DNA from: a bacterium
Lineage (GTDB): Bacteria > Electryoneota > Electryoneia > Electryoneales > Electryoneaceae
Assembly (NCBI GenBank): GCA_963675295.2
Contig: CAXXKJ010000002.1
Location: 64,001 to 128,000, forward strand
Reading direction: 5' to 3'
Length of the DNA stretch: 64,000 nt
Numbering within the stretch: position 1 is the stretch's first letter; every line of letters begins with the position of its first letter. The notes under the pieces were generated by a model. It worked only from the letters and a program-made list of their open reading frames with translations, was not told the DNA's origin and did not search any database. A program made the position numbers and the translations under genes. This document shows positions 49,907-59,843 of this stretch, one piece after another.

Positions 49907-50451
49907 GACCGTTGTACACCATCGGTATTGGCCGGCGCGAGGTGCCGGACCTGTTACGTGATCTGCAATCGAACGGGATCAGATTTCTGATCGACGTGCG
50001 CTCGCGTCCCTTCTCCGGGCACAAACCCACCTTCAACCGGGACGAGCTGAAGCAGGCGATCACTAGCGCTGGATTGAACTACGCCCATTGGCCGGCGCTG
50101 GGCGGGTTTCCCACCAGCGAGCATGTCATCCGGCACGGACATGTCGATTACCGCGACCTCGCCCGGCAACCGGAATTTCAGGATCACATTGACCGGTTGT
50201 GTGCCGGGCTGGAGGAGGACCAGGCGATCGCGATCCTGTGTTCGGAGGGCCGGCCGGAGGAATGCCATCGCAGCAAGTGCATTGGCGTGGAGCTGACCGA
50301 ACGGCAGGTGGATGTGTTGCACATCGACGCCGACGGCAGCCTGGTCACACAGGAGGCGGTGATGGGCCGGTTGACCAGGGATCAGTTCAGCCTGCCGGGG
50401 CTGGAACCGGTGATGCGATCAAAACGGAGCTGGGTTAATGGAACGGACTGA
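49903..50451 (+). CDS. DUF488 family protein
   Basis: LYTIG, LIDVRSRPFS..PTFN, YAHWPALGG, ILCSEGRPEECHRS, VLHI. Confidence 0.85.
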   Translation: MRPLYTIGIGRREVPDLLRDLQSNGIRFLIDVRSRPFSGHKPTFNRDELKQAITSAGLNYAHWPALGGFPTSEHVIRHGHVDYRDLARQPEFQDHIDRLCAGLEEDQAIAILCSEGRPEECHRSKCIGVELTERQVDVLHIDADGSLVTQEAVMGRLTRDQFSLPGLEPVMRSKRSWVNGTD

Positions 50452-50947
50452 GCTGGAGTTGTTCACCATCGGGGCGTACGGGTCCAGCGCCGACGACTTT
50501 TTCGCGAAGCTCCGGGAACACGATATTCCGGTGCTGGTCGATATCCGCTGGCGCCGGGGAATGCGTGGCGCGGAATACGCGTGGGCGAACAAATCCCGGC
50601 TCGAGGCGCGGTGCGAGGAGGAAGACATCATCTGCTGGCCGATCCAGCGGGTTGCGCCGCCGCCTGAGTTACGCGCGGTGCAGTACGCCGCCGACAAACA
50701 GGACAGGGTCGCGAAACGGCAACGCAGCACATTGAGCGACGATTTCCGCCAAGCCTACGAGCAGCAGATCCTTGCGACGGTGGACTTGGATGACGTTGTG
50801 CACGAAATCCGTGACCTTGCGCCACACCTGCACGATCCGGTCAAGGTATGTTTTTTCTGCGTCGAGAAGGAGGCGGAGGCCTGCCACCGGTCGTTACTCG
50901 CGGACGCTCTCGCCGCGCGGTACGGCTGGCCGGTGACCCATCTGTAA
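50438..50947 (+). CDS. DUF488 family protein (second subtype)
   Basis: LFTIGAYG, LVDIRWRRG, APPPELR, FFCVEKEAEACHRSLLA, VTHL; overlaps the upstream stop. Confidence 0.83.
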   Translation: MERTELELFTIGAYGSSADDFFAKLREHDIPVLVDIRWRRGMRGAEYAWANKSRLEARCEEEDIICWPIQRVAPPPELRAVQYAADKQDRVAKRQRSTLSDDFRQAYEQQILATVDLDDVVHEIRDLAPHLHDPVKVCFFCVEKEAEACHRSLLADALAARYGWPVTHL

Positions 50948-51047
50948 ACTGCGAGCCAGATTCTATCTCTTTTTGAAGAGCGGCTTGTAGGTTGCGTACC
51001 GGAGGAGTACGTCCCGTTGACGTACCGAGGTCCACCCGGGGGCAGTC

Positions 51048-51950
51048 ATGAATCGCCGAATCACTAGTTATCAGCCACGTTGGACCCTGTTCAATGTGGT
51101 GGCTGCGTTCCTGTTGAGCGCCATGCTGCTGTGGGTGGCCGCGTGTTCGTCAAGCGACGAAAACGACGAATCCTCCCCCACCGGCCCGAGCGGAACCTCC
51201 GGCATGGACGGAACCTTCTGGCTGGTTGACCTTGAGTCGCAGAACGATCTGGCGTCGGTGACGCCGGTCGAACGCGTACTGCCTGGCGACAAGATTTACA
51301 TGTTCAAGGACGACACGCTGCACATCAAATTGAAGGGCGGTTTTCACTCGTACCCGATTGAAATCATTGATGATACGCTATTCATCGATTACCAGTCGCC
51401 GACGCTGGAGCCACAGCCGTTCCTGATGGATGTTGACGGCGACACGATTCGTATTAAGCCTTCCGGACAGACGCCGGACTACCTGGCGGAGGTATTTGTC
51501 CAGCGGCCGGCGGATCTCGATCGCGATGACCTCGACGAACAGTTGCGCGAAGCGGTGGAAGCGTTTTGGGCGGATGCCGATTATCGTGAGCTGGAATACC
51601 TTGTCGCCTCGGACCCGGACAAGATCAGCGCCGGCCAGGTGTACACTGGCACCCGCGACGAATGGGCCGTGCTGGAGTGGTCCGAGAAACGGTCGTTCCT
51701 GCCGTGGACATTCGCGTATCCGTTGGAACGGTATCCCGGCGACGACCTCGCGATGTACGAATACAGCCGCAACATCGTGATCCAGCCGGAGCAATTTGGC
51801 TACATGTGGGCGGATTGGCTGGCGGATCAGACACCGTCCGAGGTGGTGGCGGCAGCGCGCGACAATGACTACAAATGGCCCGGCGGCAGCCCGGAATTCG
51901 AGGCGATCCTCGAGCTCTACGACACCGCGTGGACCTATCCCGAGGAGTAA
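51048..51950 (+). CDS. Hypothetical lipoprotein
   Basis: Lipobox VAAC followed by an acidic Ser-rich linker. Confidence 0.65.
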   Translation: MNRRITSYQPRWTLFNVVAAFLLSAMLLWVAACSSSDENDESSPTGPSGTSGMDGTFWLVDLESQNDLASVTPVERVLPGDKIYMFKDDTLHIKLKGGFHSYPIEIIDDTLFIDYQSPTLEPQPFLMDVDGDTIRIKPSGQTPDYLAEVFVQRPADLDRDDLDEQLREAVEAFWADADYRELEYLVASDPDKISAGQVYTGTRDEWAVLEWSEKRSFLPWTFAYPLERYPGDDLAMYEYSRNIVIQPEQFGYMWADWLADQTPSEVVAAARDNDYKWPGGSPEFEAILELYDTAWTYPEE

Positions 51951-51995
51951 TCCTGCGCTGGTGCGGTGTCGGTCCGGCGGGACTATCTTCCCCCC

Positions 51996-52637
51996 ATGGA
52001 CTGGCTTGATTCCCTGTTACTACCCCTCTACCAGGTCACTGGCGATCCGGTTACCGGTTTCTTTGTCGGCACTTTTCTGCTGTCGTCCATCGCGGCCGTG
52101 CTCGGCGAAGTGACCATTGCCGTGTTGTTCCTCAGCAACCGTAATTATTACGAGCGCCTCAACGCCGAGCTGGCGGAGTCGCACAACGCGTCCATCGACG
52201 CCGCCAAGCGGGGCGACAAGGAAGCCTACACCTACCACAATCGCAAGGCGAACGCAGCATTCGGGAAAACGTTCTTCTCGCAGATCGCGTTGAGCATGGG
52301 GTCGTTGTGGCCGATTTTCTTCGCGCTCGGCTTCCTGCAGGGCCGTTTTGCCGACATCGAATTTCCGATCCCCGGCATCGGCCTCTCGATTAATTACGTC
52401 CTCATCTTCCTGTTCGAATATGCCCTCGCCCGCCTGATTTTCAACCACGTCAAGTACTGGATTCCCGGTGTTGACCGGCTCAAGGCGGCGTTGGACGACG
52501 CCCGCGCGAAAGCGAAAGAGATGCAGATGCTGTCTGACACTCCGGTGCCGTCCGCGACCAACAACGAGGATGAATCCGCCATCCCGGACACCGGCGATCC
52601 GCCTCCCGAGAGGCCGGCGGACAACGAATCCCGTTGA
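51996..52637 (+). CDS. Hypothetical membrane protein (TM, polar helical loop, two TM)
   Basis: Three hydrophobic segments around a charged helical region ERLNAELAESHNASIDAAKRGDKEAY. Confidence 0.65.
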   Translation: MDWLDSLLLPLYQVTGDPVTGFFVGTFLLSSIAAVLGEVTIAVLFLSNRNYYERLNAELAESHNASIDAAKRGDKEAYTYHNRKANAAFGKTFFSQIALSMGSLWPIFFALGFLQGRFADIEFPIPGIGLSINYVLIFLFEYALARLIFNHVKYWIPGVDRLKAALDDARAKAKEMQMLSDTPVPSATNNEDESAIPDTGDPPPERPADNESR

Positions 52638-52700
52638 TCGGTACTCCGCGCGGTCGTATATCAATCACGCCTCCACAGTCATCAACGAGATCCGCACGCC

Positions 52701-54911
52701 ATGGGCCGCCGCCGTTCATCACGCAGCCGACACCGTCCCACCCCCCGATCCTCACGCCAGAAAGGCGGCGTGCGCCGGGAATCTCTGCAGACGGCGGTCG
52801 AGCGGTACCTCGACGAACGGCCGAACGTATCGTTTCGCACCCGCGACCTGGTGCGGGAATTCTCGGCCTCTCCCGCCGACGAAAAGGAAGTCCGGCGTAT
52901 CATTCACGCCCTCCATGCCGAAGGCCGTCTGAAACGTATCAAGGGCAAACGGTACCAGCAGATTGTCGACGAAGCCCCGCGCGCCATCGGCCATATTGAG
53001 CTGACTGAAGGCGGAGCGGGCTTTGTGCGGGTGCCGGGCCGTGACGAAGACATCTTCGTTTCCGCATCGCGGCTGATGGGCGCGCGTCACGGCGACCGCG
53101 TCGAAGTGGCGGTGACCGGCCGTGGACGCTACGGACGTGCCTCGGGACGTGTGGTGCGTGTGGTCGAGCGGGACGATACCCCGGTGATCGGCCGCTTCAT
53201 CGCCCTGCCGGGCCGTGGCGGGCTGGTATATCCGGACAACCCGCGCATACCGGGACCGATCCAGGTGCTGGAGGGCAACCGTCGCGGCGCGAAGCATGAC
53301 GACCGTGTTCAGGTCAAGGTCGATCCACACATTCGCAATCCTCAGGGCCGGGTCGTGAGAATCTTCGGCCACGTGGACGATGCCGACGCCCGATTCGCCG
53401 CGCTGCTCGCCGAAGCGAAGTTTCCGGAGAATTTCTCCTCGGACGCGTTGGCGGAAGCCGATTCCAGCCCGATTGAGATCCCCGCGGAAGAACTGTCAAG
53501 GCGTGCGGATTTCCGTGACAAGCTGATCATCACCATTGACCCCGCCTCGGCGAAGGATTTCGATGACGCGCTTAGCTTATCTCGCCTCAAAGACGGCAAC
53601 TACGAGCTCGGCGTGCACATCGCGGATGTCAGCTGGTATGTGCGTGAGGGCGGTCTGCTCGACAAGGAAGCGCGGACCCGTGGGACGAGTGTCTACAGCA
53701 GCCATGGCACCTCGCCGATGCTGCCGCACAGCCTGTCGTCCGACAAATGCAGCCTCGTCGAGGGCGAGGACCGTCGCACCATGTCCGTGCTGATGACCGT
53801 CACCCCGGACGGCAAGGTGCTGGACGCGAAACCGGCGCGCAGCGTGATCCACAGTTCCCGGCGTCTGACCTACCAGCAGGCGCAGGACATGATCGAGGAC
53901 GGCCGCGAACGCTGGGGCGACGACCTGCCGGCACTACGCAAGGACAGCGTTCGCGCGTTGGTCAATCACCTGATGCGGCTGGCGGAGGCGTTGCGCAAAC
54001 GCCGTTTCCGGCACGGCGGCCTCGACCTCGAATTGCCGGAATACGAGACGATCATCAACGCCGACGGCGATGTCGAACGGATCAGCAAACGAACCGTGCT
54101 GGAGTCGAACCATCTCGTCGAAGAGTGCATGCTCGCGGCAAATCGGGCGGTGACCGAGTTTGTCAACCGGTCACGCGAGAGCAATCCCCGCGTCTTCATC
54201 TACCGCATTCACGACCGGCCCGACGTCGAGCGGCTGGAGGACTTTATCCTGCAACTGGACGCGCTCGATGTCGACTGGCCGTTCAGCCGCACCAGCCTCG
54301 AGAATATCCGCTCGAAGCAGTTGAACGACTGGCTCGATTCCCTCTCCGGGCATCCGTTGATCGAAATCCTGCGCTATCTGACCCTGCGTGCGATGGCAAA
54401 GGCGGTCTACGATACCGAGAATATCGGCCACTACGGGCTCGGTTTCGTCAACTACACCCATTTCACCAGCCCGATCCGGCGCTACCCCGATCTCATCGTG
54501 CATCGCATCCTCAACGCGGTTCTGGAGCGTAAAACGAAGTATGGTCCAGATGTTCGTGAATCACTTCAACGAATCTGTGAAGTCGCGAGCGAACGGGAAC
54601 GCGCTGCCCAGGATGTGGAACGGAAATCGCTGAAAATCCGCCAGGCGGAGTATTTCGCCCGCAAGGTCGGGGTGGAATTCAGCGGCCTGATTACGGGCGC
54701 GATTCCCAAGGGTATCTTCGTCGAAATTGACAACACCGGCGCGCAGGGAATGATCATCGCGGATGACCTGGGAAATGTGTATTTCGACCGGGACCTGATG
54801 GGTTTTGTCGAAGTAACCGGCAATGAACTCTACCGTCCCGGAATGCGGCTGCAGGTGCGGGTCATCGCCGCCGATCCTGACCTTGGCCGGCTGGACCTCG
54901 AGCCCGCCTGA
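52701..54911 (+). CDS. rnr: Ribonuclease R
   Basis: N-terminal HTH/CSD regions, ITIDPASAKDFDDA, VHIADVS, LVEECMLAAN, HYGLGFVNYTHFTSPIRRYPDLIVHR, C-terminal S1 domain. Confidence 0.93.
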   Translation: MGRRRSSRSRHRPTPRSSRQKGGVRRESLQTAVERYLDERPNVSFRTRDLVREFSASPADEKEVRRIIHALHAEGRLKRIKGKRYQQIVDEAPRAIGHIELTEGGAGFVRVPGRDEDIFVSASRLMGARHGDRVEVAVTGRGRYGRASGRVVRVVERDDTPVIGRFIALPGRGGLVYPDNPRIPGPIQVLEGNRRGAKHDDRVQVKVDPHIRNPQGRVVRIFGHVDDADARFAALLAEAKFPENFSSDALAEADSSPIEIPAEELSRRADFRDKLIITIDPASAKDFDDALSLSRLKDGNYELGVHIADVSWYVREGGLLDKEARTRGTSVYSSHGTSPMLPHSLSSDKCSLVEGEDRRTMSVLMTVTPDGKVLDAKPARSVIHSSRRLTYQQAQDMIEDGRERWGDDLPALRKDSVRALVNHLMRLAEALRKRRFRHGGLDLELPEYETIINADGDVERISKRTVLESNHLVEECMLAANRAVTEFVNRSRESNPRVFIYRIHDRPDVERLEDFILQLDALDVDWPFSRTSLENIRSKQLNDWLDSLSGHPLIEILRYLTLRAMAKAVYDTENIGHYGLGFVNYTHFTSPIRRYPDLIVHRILNAVLERKTKYGPDVRESLQRICEVASERERAAQDVERKSLKIRQAEYFARKVGVEFSGLITGAIPKGIFVEIDNTGAQGMIIADDLGNVYFDRDLMGFVEVTGNELYRPGMRLQVRVIAADPDLGRLDLEPA

Positions 54912-55304
54912 TTCAACCCCTAGCATCACCCCGACCCACAAATGTGAGATTTTTCTTCGATTTGTCCGGCTTTCGTAGCCGCGACGCGTGACTTGGGCTC
55001 TCGTTCCCGAGCTCACGAGAGGATTTCGCTCTCTCGCTTCAAGGTATCCGTGGGCTCCCCTCTCAAAACTCTCTCCATTTCTTCGCTTAAACTTATAATA
55101 ACATAATTTATGATTTGATATCTAATTACTATATTCCGTATAATTTGCGAAATCGATGTATCGCGGGTTTGTGGTACAAACGTATGACAAAGCCTCGTAT
55201 CATACCGCGGACAATCTGGAGGGTGCCGGTTGTGACGGAACGCACGTCGTCCGGTCGGTCCCTGTAGCAGATTACACCGCACATGGAACAGCGAGGTTAG
55301 TGGA

Positions 55305-55448
55305 ATGGAAGCGGCCTTTGACGTCTTGATGGTTGTGTTGGGAATGGGTTTTGTCGGCGGCATCGTGTTTTCCGTGCTGCGTATTCGCGGCGGTCGCTCG
55401 TTATTTCCGGACTTCCGGATCCCCACACCGTCCAGCCATCAGTCGTAG
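55305..55448 (+). CDS. Small single-TM peptide (47 aa, MEAAFDVLMVVLGMGFVGGIVFSVLRIRGGRSLFPDFRIPTPSSHQS)
   Basis: SD-like GAGG upstream; hydrophobic helix followed by basic residues. Confidence 0.45.
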   Translation: MEAAFDVLMVVLGMGFVGGIVFSVLRIRGGRSLFPDFRIPTPSSHQS

Positions 55449-55749
55449 CCGCGCACGCGGAATCGATGGACAAGCGTTCGGTTGATCCTGCTTCAGATTT
55501 CGCGTAGCCGGGGAGACGTGAGAGCCCTGCTTGATTATCAGCGGGGTTACGGCGTCGCTCGAAGCCCGGGAAAAATCCTCCACTCGCTCGTTGCCTTTCA
55601 ACCAATCCTTCAACCAGAACAATCGGCCCGATTTCTGATCGCCGTACCGGGATCAGCTTGAGCCCGCTCTCGACCGTTGTGTAGCTTGTAGTCAATCAAC
55701 GACGGCTCCGAGCGGCAAACGGTTGATAATGCTAATTTTGGAGTATGTC

Positions 55750-55851
55750 ATGGAAGCGGTAGCCAGTATTGGTGTGATTTTGTTTGTGATCGTGTCAGTT
55801 GTCAAAATGTGCAGGACCTGCGCGCGTGTGGCCAACGCCCAGCGCCGTTAA
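55750..55851 (+). CDS. Small single-TM peptide (33 aa, MEAVASIGVILFVIVSVVKMCRTCARVANAQRR)
   Basis: SD GGAG upstream; hydrophobic helix, CxxC and basic tail. Confidence 0.5.
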   Translation: MEAVASIGVILFVIVSVVKMCRTCARVANAQRR

Positions 55852-55953
55852 ACCGGCGGGGTTTTGGTGCGCGGACCGGCGTGAATCGTGAGGGACGGAG
55901 CGTCCCGTTGTGCAGTCATTGTGGACGCGGATCGTCAAGCTGTGGAGGTGATG

Positions 55954-56049
55954 ATGGACGTGTTGTTGACAAACCTCGGGTACATCGCATCGGGCGTAGG
56001 ATTTGGCCTGGTCCTGGTCGTCGCGGCGAGCCGGTTGCGTCGATCCTGA
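55954..56049 (+). CDS. Small single-TM peptide (31 aa, MDVLLTNLGYIASGVGFGLVLVVAASRLRRS)
   Basis: Strong SD GGAGGTG; hydrophobic helix with GxxxG and basic tail. Confidence 0.55.
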   Translation: MDVLLTNLGYIASGVGFGLVLVVAASRLRRS

Positions 56050-56246
56050 ATGAAGTCGTTTGTAACTATACAAAATACATTGCACTGGATTGATTGTTAA
56101 GGGTGGCAAATCCACCCTTTTTTACGTCTCCAAGGGGCATGAATTGTTTTCTTCACTAGTGATAGCAATTACCTTACTATCAGGTCGCCAGTGGCATCAA
56201 TGCCGATAGGGAGACTGGCGAATGATAAGACGATGTTGAGAGGACT

Positions 56247-56462
56247 ATGCTAGGACGTGTGAAGTGGTTCAACGAAGCGAAAGGCTTCGGGTTTATCGAG
56301 CAAGAGGGGGCGCAGGACGTATTCGTGCACTATAGCGCCATTGAGGGAAACGGATTCCGCAAGCTCATCGAGGGGGAAGAAGTCGAATTCGAGATTGTGG
56401 ATGGGGAGAAAGGCCCGGCCGCGAAGGATGTGCGCCGCTTGAATCCCCCGACGGCGTGGTAA
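56247..56462 (+). CDS. Cold-shock protein (CspA family), third copy
   Basis: [23 protein letters not shown]. Confidence 0.95.
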   Translation: MLGRVKWFNEAKGFGFIEQEGAQDVFVHYSAIEGNGFRKLIEGEEVEFEIVDGEKGPAAKDVRRLNPPTAW

Positions 56463-56502
56463 TCGAACCGCTTCGTCATCAGAACTGGCTGAATGTGTAG
56501 AT

Positions 56503-56530
56503 GAAAGGCCGCCATCCTGGCGGTCTTTTC
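56503..56530. terminator. Bidirectional terminator between csp and the CDF gene
   Basis: GAAAGGCCGCCA-TCC-TGGCGGTCTTTTC. Confidence 0.65.
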
Positions 56531-56532
56531 TG

Positions 56533-57423
56533 TTACCCGTGCAATTCTTCGCAGCGTTCGTCCTCGATCTGCAGCGTGCTGTGGCGGATATGATACTTCT
56601 CCAGCAGCAGGTGTTTCGCGGCGTCGAGGATCGGCGCGGTGGTGCAACCGTGTTCACGTTGCAGGTGTGCGGACAGCATCGGTTCGCGGCTGCTGACATT
56701 CCAGACGTGGAGATCGTGGCAGCTGCGGACGCCCTCCAACTCGACCAGCGCCTGACGGATTTCCTCGAGATTCAGGTCGGTTGGCGTACCCTCGAGCAGG
56801 ATGTGTACTGACTCGCGGATCAGGGACCAGCTGCTGACAACAATCAGCACCGCGATCAGTACGGACGCGGCGGGATCGACCCACGCCCAGCCCTTCAGCA
56901 GGATCGCGAGTCCGGCGAGGATCGCGCCGACCGATCCGGCGGCGTCCGCCATCAGGTGCAGGAAAGCAGCGCGCATGTTGAGGTCGTGCGAGCGGTGGGC
57001 GTAGAGCACCCATGCGCTGCCGGCGTTCGCGAGCAGTCCGGCGACGGCGACCGGCAGCATGATCGCAACGTCAATCTCCTGCGGAGCTTGCAAGCGGCGC
57101 CAGGCCTCAATCGCGATTCCGATCGAGATTGCCCACAGCACCAGGCCGTTGAGGAAGCCGGACAGCACTTCGACCCGGCCGAATCCGTACGAATGGTTCG
57201 CGGTCGCGCGTTTCTTCGCGATGTAGCCGACCCAGAGGACGACCGCCAGCGCGGCGACGTCGGAAAGCATGTGTCCGGCGTCAGCCAGCAGTGCCAGTGA
57301 TCCGCTGATCCAGCCGCCGATCACCTCGATGATGAGGAACGCGGCGTTGATCAGGAACGCGTACCACAAGGCCTTGCGGCTGGTATCGCTGTGCCCGTGA
57401 TCATGTCCATGTCCGTGACCCAT
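56533..57423 (-). CDS. Cation diffusion facilitator (CzcD/ZitB-like Zn/Co/Cd exporter)
   Basis: His-rich N-terminus, SLALLADAGHMLSD, NMRAAFLHLMAD, HDLHVW, HSTLQIE. Confidence 0.93.
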   Translation of the reverse strand: MGHGHGHDHGHSDTSRKALWYAFLINAAFLIIEVIGGWISGSLALLADAGHMLSDVAALAVVLWVGYIAKKRATANHSYGFGRVEVLSGFLNGLVLWAISIGIAIEAWRRLQAPQEIDVAIMLPVAVAGLLANAGSAWVLYAHRSHDLNMRAAFLHLMADAAGSVGAILAGLAILLKGWAWVDPAASVLIAVLIVVSSWSLIRESVHILLEGTPTDLNLEEIRQALVELEGVRSCHDLHVWNVSSREPMLSAHLQREHGCTTAPILDAAKHLLLEKYHIRHSTLQIEDERCEELHG

Positions 57424-57570
57424 GGAGGAAACGTGTGGAATCAGCAGGCGCGCTGGCAACTGCTGCGCTCTGTCTCGTGCGGCATTCGAGGAAGGTGACG
57501 GCGGCCTGTTCCCTGCCGTACGTTCTTACCATTCACGTCAAGCGATTCCAACCCTGTATGAGGACATTCG

Positions 57571-59616
57571 ATGCGACCGCGCCATTACCTGCCAGCCCTT
57601 TTGCTTCTGTCCGCGTTTTTGTTGACGGCTTGCTTCACCAGCATGGAAACTGTCACCCTCGATTCCGATACGCAGGAACAGCCGTCGGACAGCAAGCCGC
57701 AATTTGAGCCGCCGACGATCCAGATTCTGCCCGAGGATGTCCAACCAACCGAGGGTGGTGCTGTCTATCCTCCCCATCCGCTCGACCTGCCGTTGGGGTT
57801 GTGGGATGTCTGGGGTGACCGGCCGTGGGAGTTTGTCATTCAGAAGGCGCGGGAGGGTGATGAATCGTGGCTGCACCGCGAGTTTGACCGCATGAACGCG
57901 ACCAACGCGACCTTTATGATCGGCAACAACGGCAACGAGGTGGTGCATGTTCGCGCCAACGAGATCGGCCAGCTGAATCTGGGGCTGGCGTTAACCTCGG
58001 CGACGACGTACGAGGATTCCGCACAGTATTTCATTCAAGATGAGCGTATTCCAGGCAGCCGTCAGCGCAACCTCCGGATCAAGGACATCATCCGCCGGTT
58101 TGTCGACACAACGGACCTCAGCGATCCGGAAGTTCGCCAGGTCGCGTTCGATCTGATTGACGAGGTAGTCGAATCGCAACGCCGCGACTATGCGTTCGAC
58201 ACCCGCGCGACCCCCTACTACCTGCTGATGAAGGAAGGGTGGGAACGCGGTGGAAGCGTGGAAGACAACCGGGAATACTCAATGCTGTTTGAGTATGCGG
58301 TGAACAAAATCCGCGAGTGGGATCGCAGCCGTGGGATTATCTATTTCGGCGCATATGTTGCGGAAGCGCGGCGCGAGATGTTCGAACCGGAAAAGCTGGA
58401 GGATCCCGCAATCCTCGACTCGGTGTTCAGCGGGAAGCTGATGCGTGGCTGGAATGTGTTCAACAACGAATCGTATCCATTCCAGGGCATAACCGGCAAC
58501 CGTCACTGGGTGCTGCAGAATTACGCCGGACGTTACTATCACCGGCTGATGATAATCAAGTTTGCGTGGTGGTTGCGCAATTTGACTCGGGATGTGGAGC
58601 GTTATGCGGTCGAAGTCAACCCGCCGGGCCCACGTCCGGAATGGTGGCTGGACTTGCAGTTGATGCGCGAGGAATGGATCTTCCCGGACGGCACGGTGGA
58701 TTTCCGCTATCGCCGGCCGACACGCTGGGAATACGCGTCGCAGGCCTATATCGGGCTCGCCGCCGGCGCGCGTGGCATTACCGTTTTTCCGTATCCGTCG
58801 CAATTGATGATGGGACAGTATAACGATCTGGACGGCAACCCGTTGCCGCGTCAACGGGCAGCCCGCACCTTCAAGTCGCACCACAAGAACATCCAGGGCC
58901 TGACCTCCGCCGACTGGTGGCAGCCGGACGATACCGAAAACCTCGACATGTTCCGGCGGCCAATCTCCGAGGCGGAGAATAATCCGGATTACTTCGCGGA
59001 GGGGACGGAATACGAGCCATATCCGGGCAAGCACTACCCGTATGACCGCGTCGCCGAACTGTACGCCAACCTGCACGGGTTGCTGCCGAAGGTACGTGCG
59101 TTGCGCTGGTGGTGGGCGACAGACGGTCTAGACACCAGCTACCTCGACATATCCGGCAAGGACAGGAATATAGCAATTCACCGGCGCGCGCTGACGGAGT
59201 GGATGACAGACACCACCCCGGTCCATCAGAACCAGAGTCTTGGCGACCGGTTTCGTCTGCGCGCGTTGCACGGCGACGACGATGGCCCGTTGCCCGCTGA
59301 TGACGCCAAGTATTCCAGCAACGTGTTCATTGGCATGTTCGACGATCCCACCGACCCGCGGCACGAGATGTACCTGTTGGTAAACCTGACGGCGAACGAG
59401 ATTGTGGACGATATCGTCGTCCCGGCGACCGAAGAAACAGTGGCGCAGATGGTCTTCGACGGTGGGACGCCGCTGGACGCTGTCATCCTGTGGCAGGACA
59501 TGAACCGGGACGACCGCAGCTTGCGGAGCGAGTATCGTGATGAAACGGGTTCGTTGCTGCTGGATGTACCGCTGCTGCCCGGCGATTGCAAGCTGATCCG
59601 TGTCCGGTCGCGGTGA
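57571..59616 (+). CDS. Large hypothetical lipoprotein, possibly with a glycoside-hydrolase-like barrel
   Basis: Lipobox LTAC; RPTRWEYASQAYIGLAAGARGITVFPY resembles the end of GH-like TIM barrels; C-terminal LLPGDCKLI. Confidence 0.55.
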   Translation: MRPRHYLPALLLLSAFLLTACFTSMETVTLDSDTQEQPSDSKPQFEPPTIQILPEDVQPTEGGAVYPPHPLDLPLGLWDVWGDRPWEFVIQKAREGDESWLHREFDRMNATNATFMIGNNGNEVVHVRANEIGQLNLGLALTSATTYEDSAQYFIQDERIPGSRQRNLRIKDIIRRFVDTTDLSDPEVRQVAFDLIDEVVESQRRDYAFDTRATPYYLLMKEGWERGGSVEDNREYSMLFEYAVNKIREWDRSRGIIYFGAYVAEARREMFEPEKLEDPAILDSVFSGKLMRGWNVFNNESYPFQGITGNRHWVLQNYAGRYYHRLMIIKFAWWLRNLTRDVERYAVEVNPPGPRPEWWLDLQLMREEWIFPDGTVDFRYRRPTRWEYASQAYIGLAAGARGITVFPYPSQLMMGQYNDLDGNPLPRQRAARTFKSHHKNIQGLTSADWWQPDDTENLDMFRRPISEAENNPDYFAEGTEYEPYPGKHYPYDRVAELYANLHGLLPKVRALRWWWATDGLDTSYLDISGKDRNIAIHRRALTEWMTDTTPVHQNQSLGDRFRLRALHGDDDGPLPADDAKYSSNVFIGMFDDPTDPRHEMYLLVNLTANEIVDDIVVPATEETVAQMVFDGGTPLDAVILWQDMNRDDRSLRSEYRDETGSLLLDVPLLPGDCKLIRVRSR

Positions 59617-59682
59617 CACGGACGAAGCACCTTTGAACGGTTCTTGCCCGTGTTGTCTCTGACAACGCGGGTTCATGAAGCG

Positions 59683-59714
59683 CGGATGATCCCAGACATG
59701 AATGTCTGGGGCAC
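59683..59714. repeat. REP-like palindrome GGATGATCCCAGACATGAATGTCTGGGGCA
   Basis: Near-identical copies at 60874-60905 and, inverted, at ~8395-8426; variant at 60921-60950. Confidence 0.75.
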
Positions 59715-59843
59715 GTTTCTTGAGTGCGCAACATCGGTCAAGCTTTGCCTGAGTCCTCACCCTACCCTGCCTGTGTCAACGACGGACGTGCTGTCCGTCC
59801 AAAGCGCACCAAGTGTGAGTGAGGGAAACCAGGCGGGGAGTTG

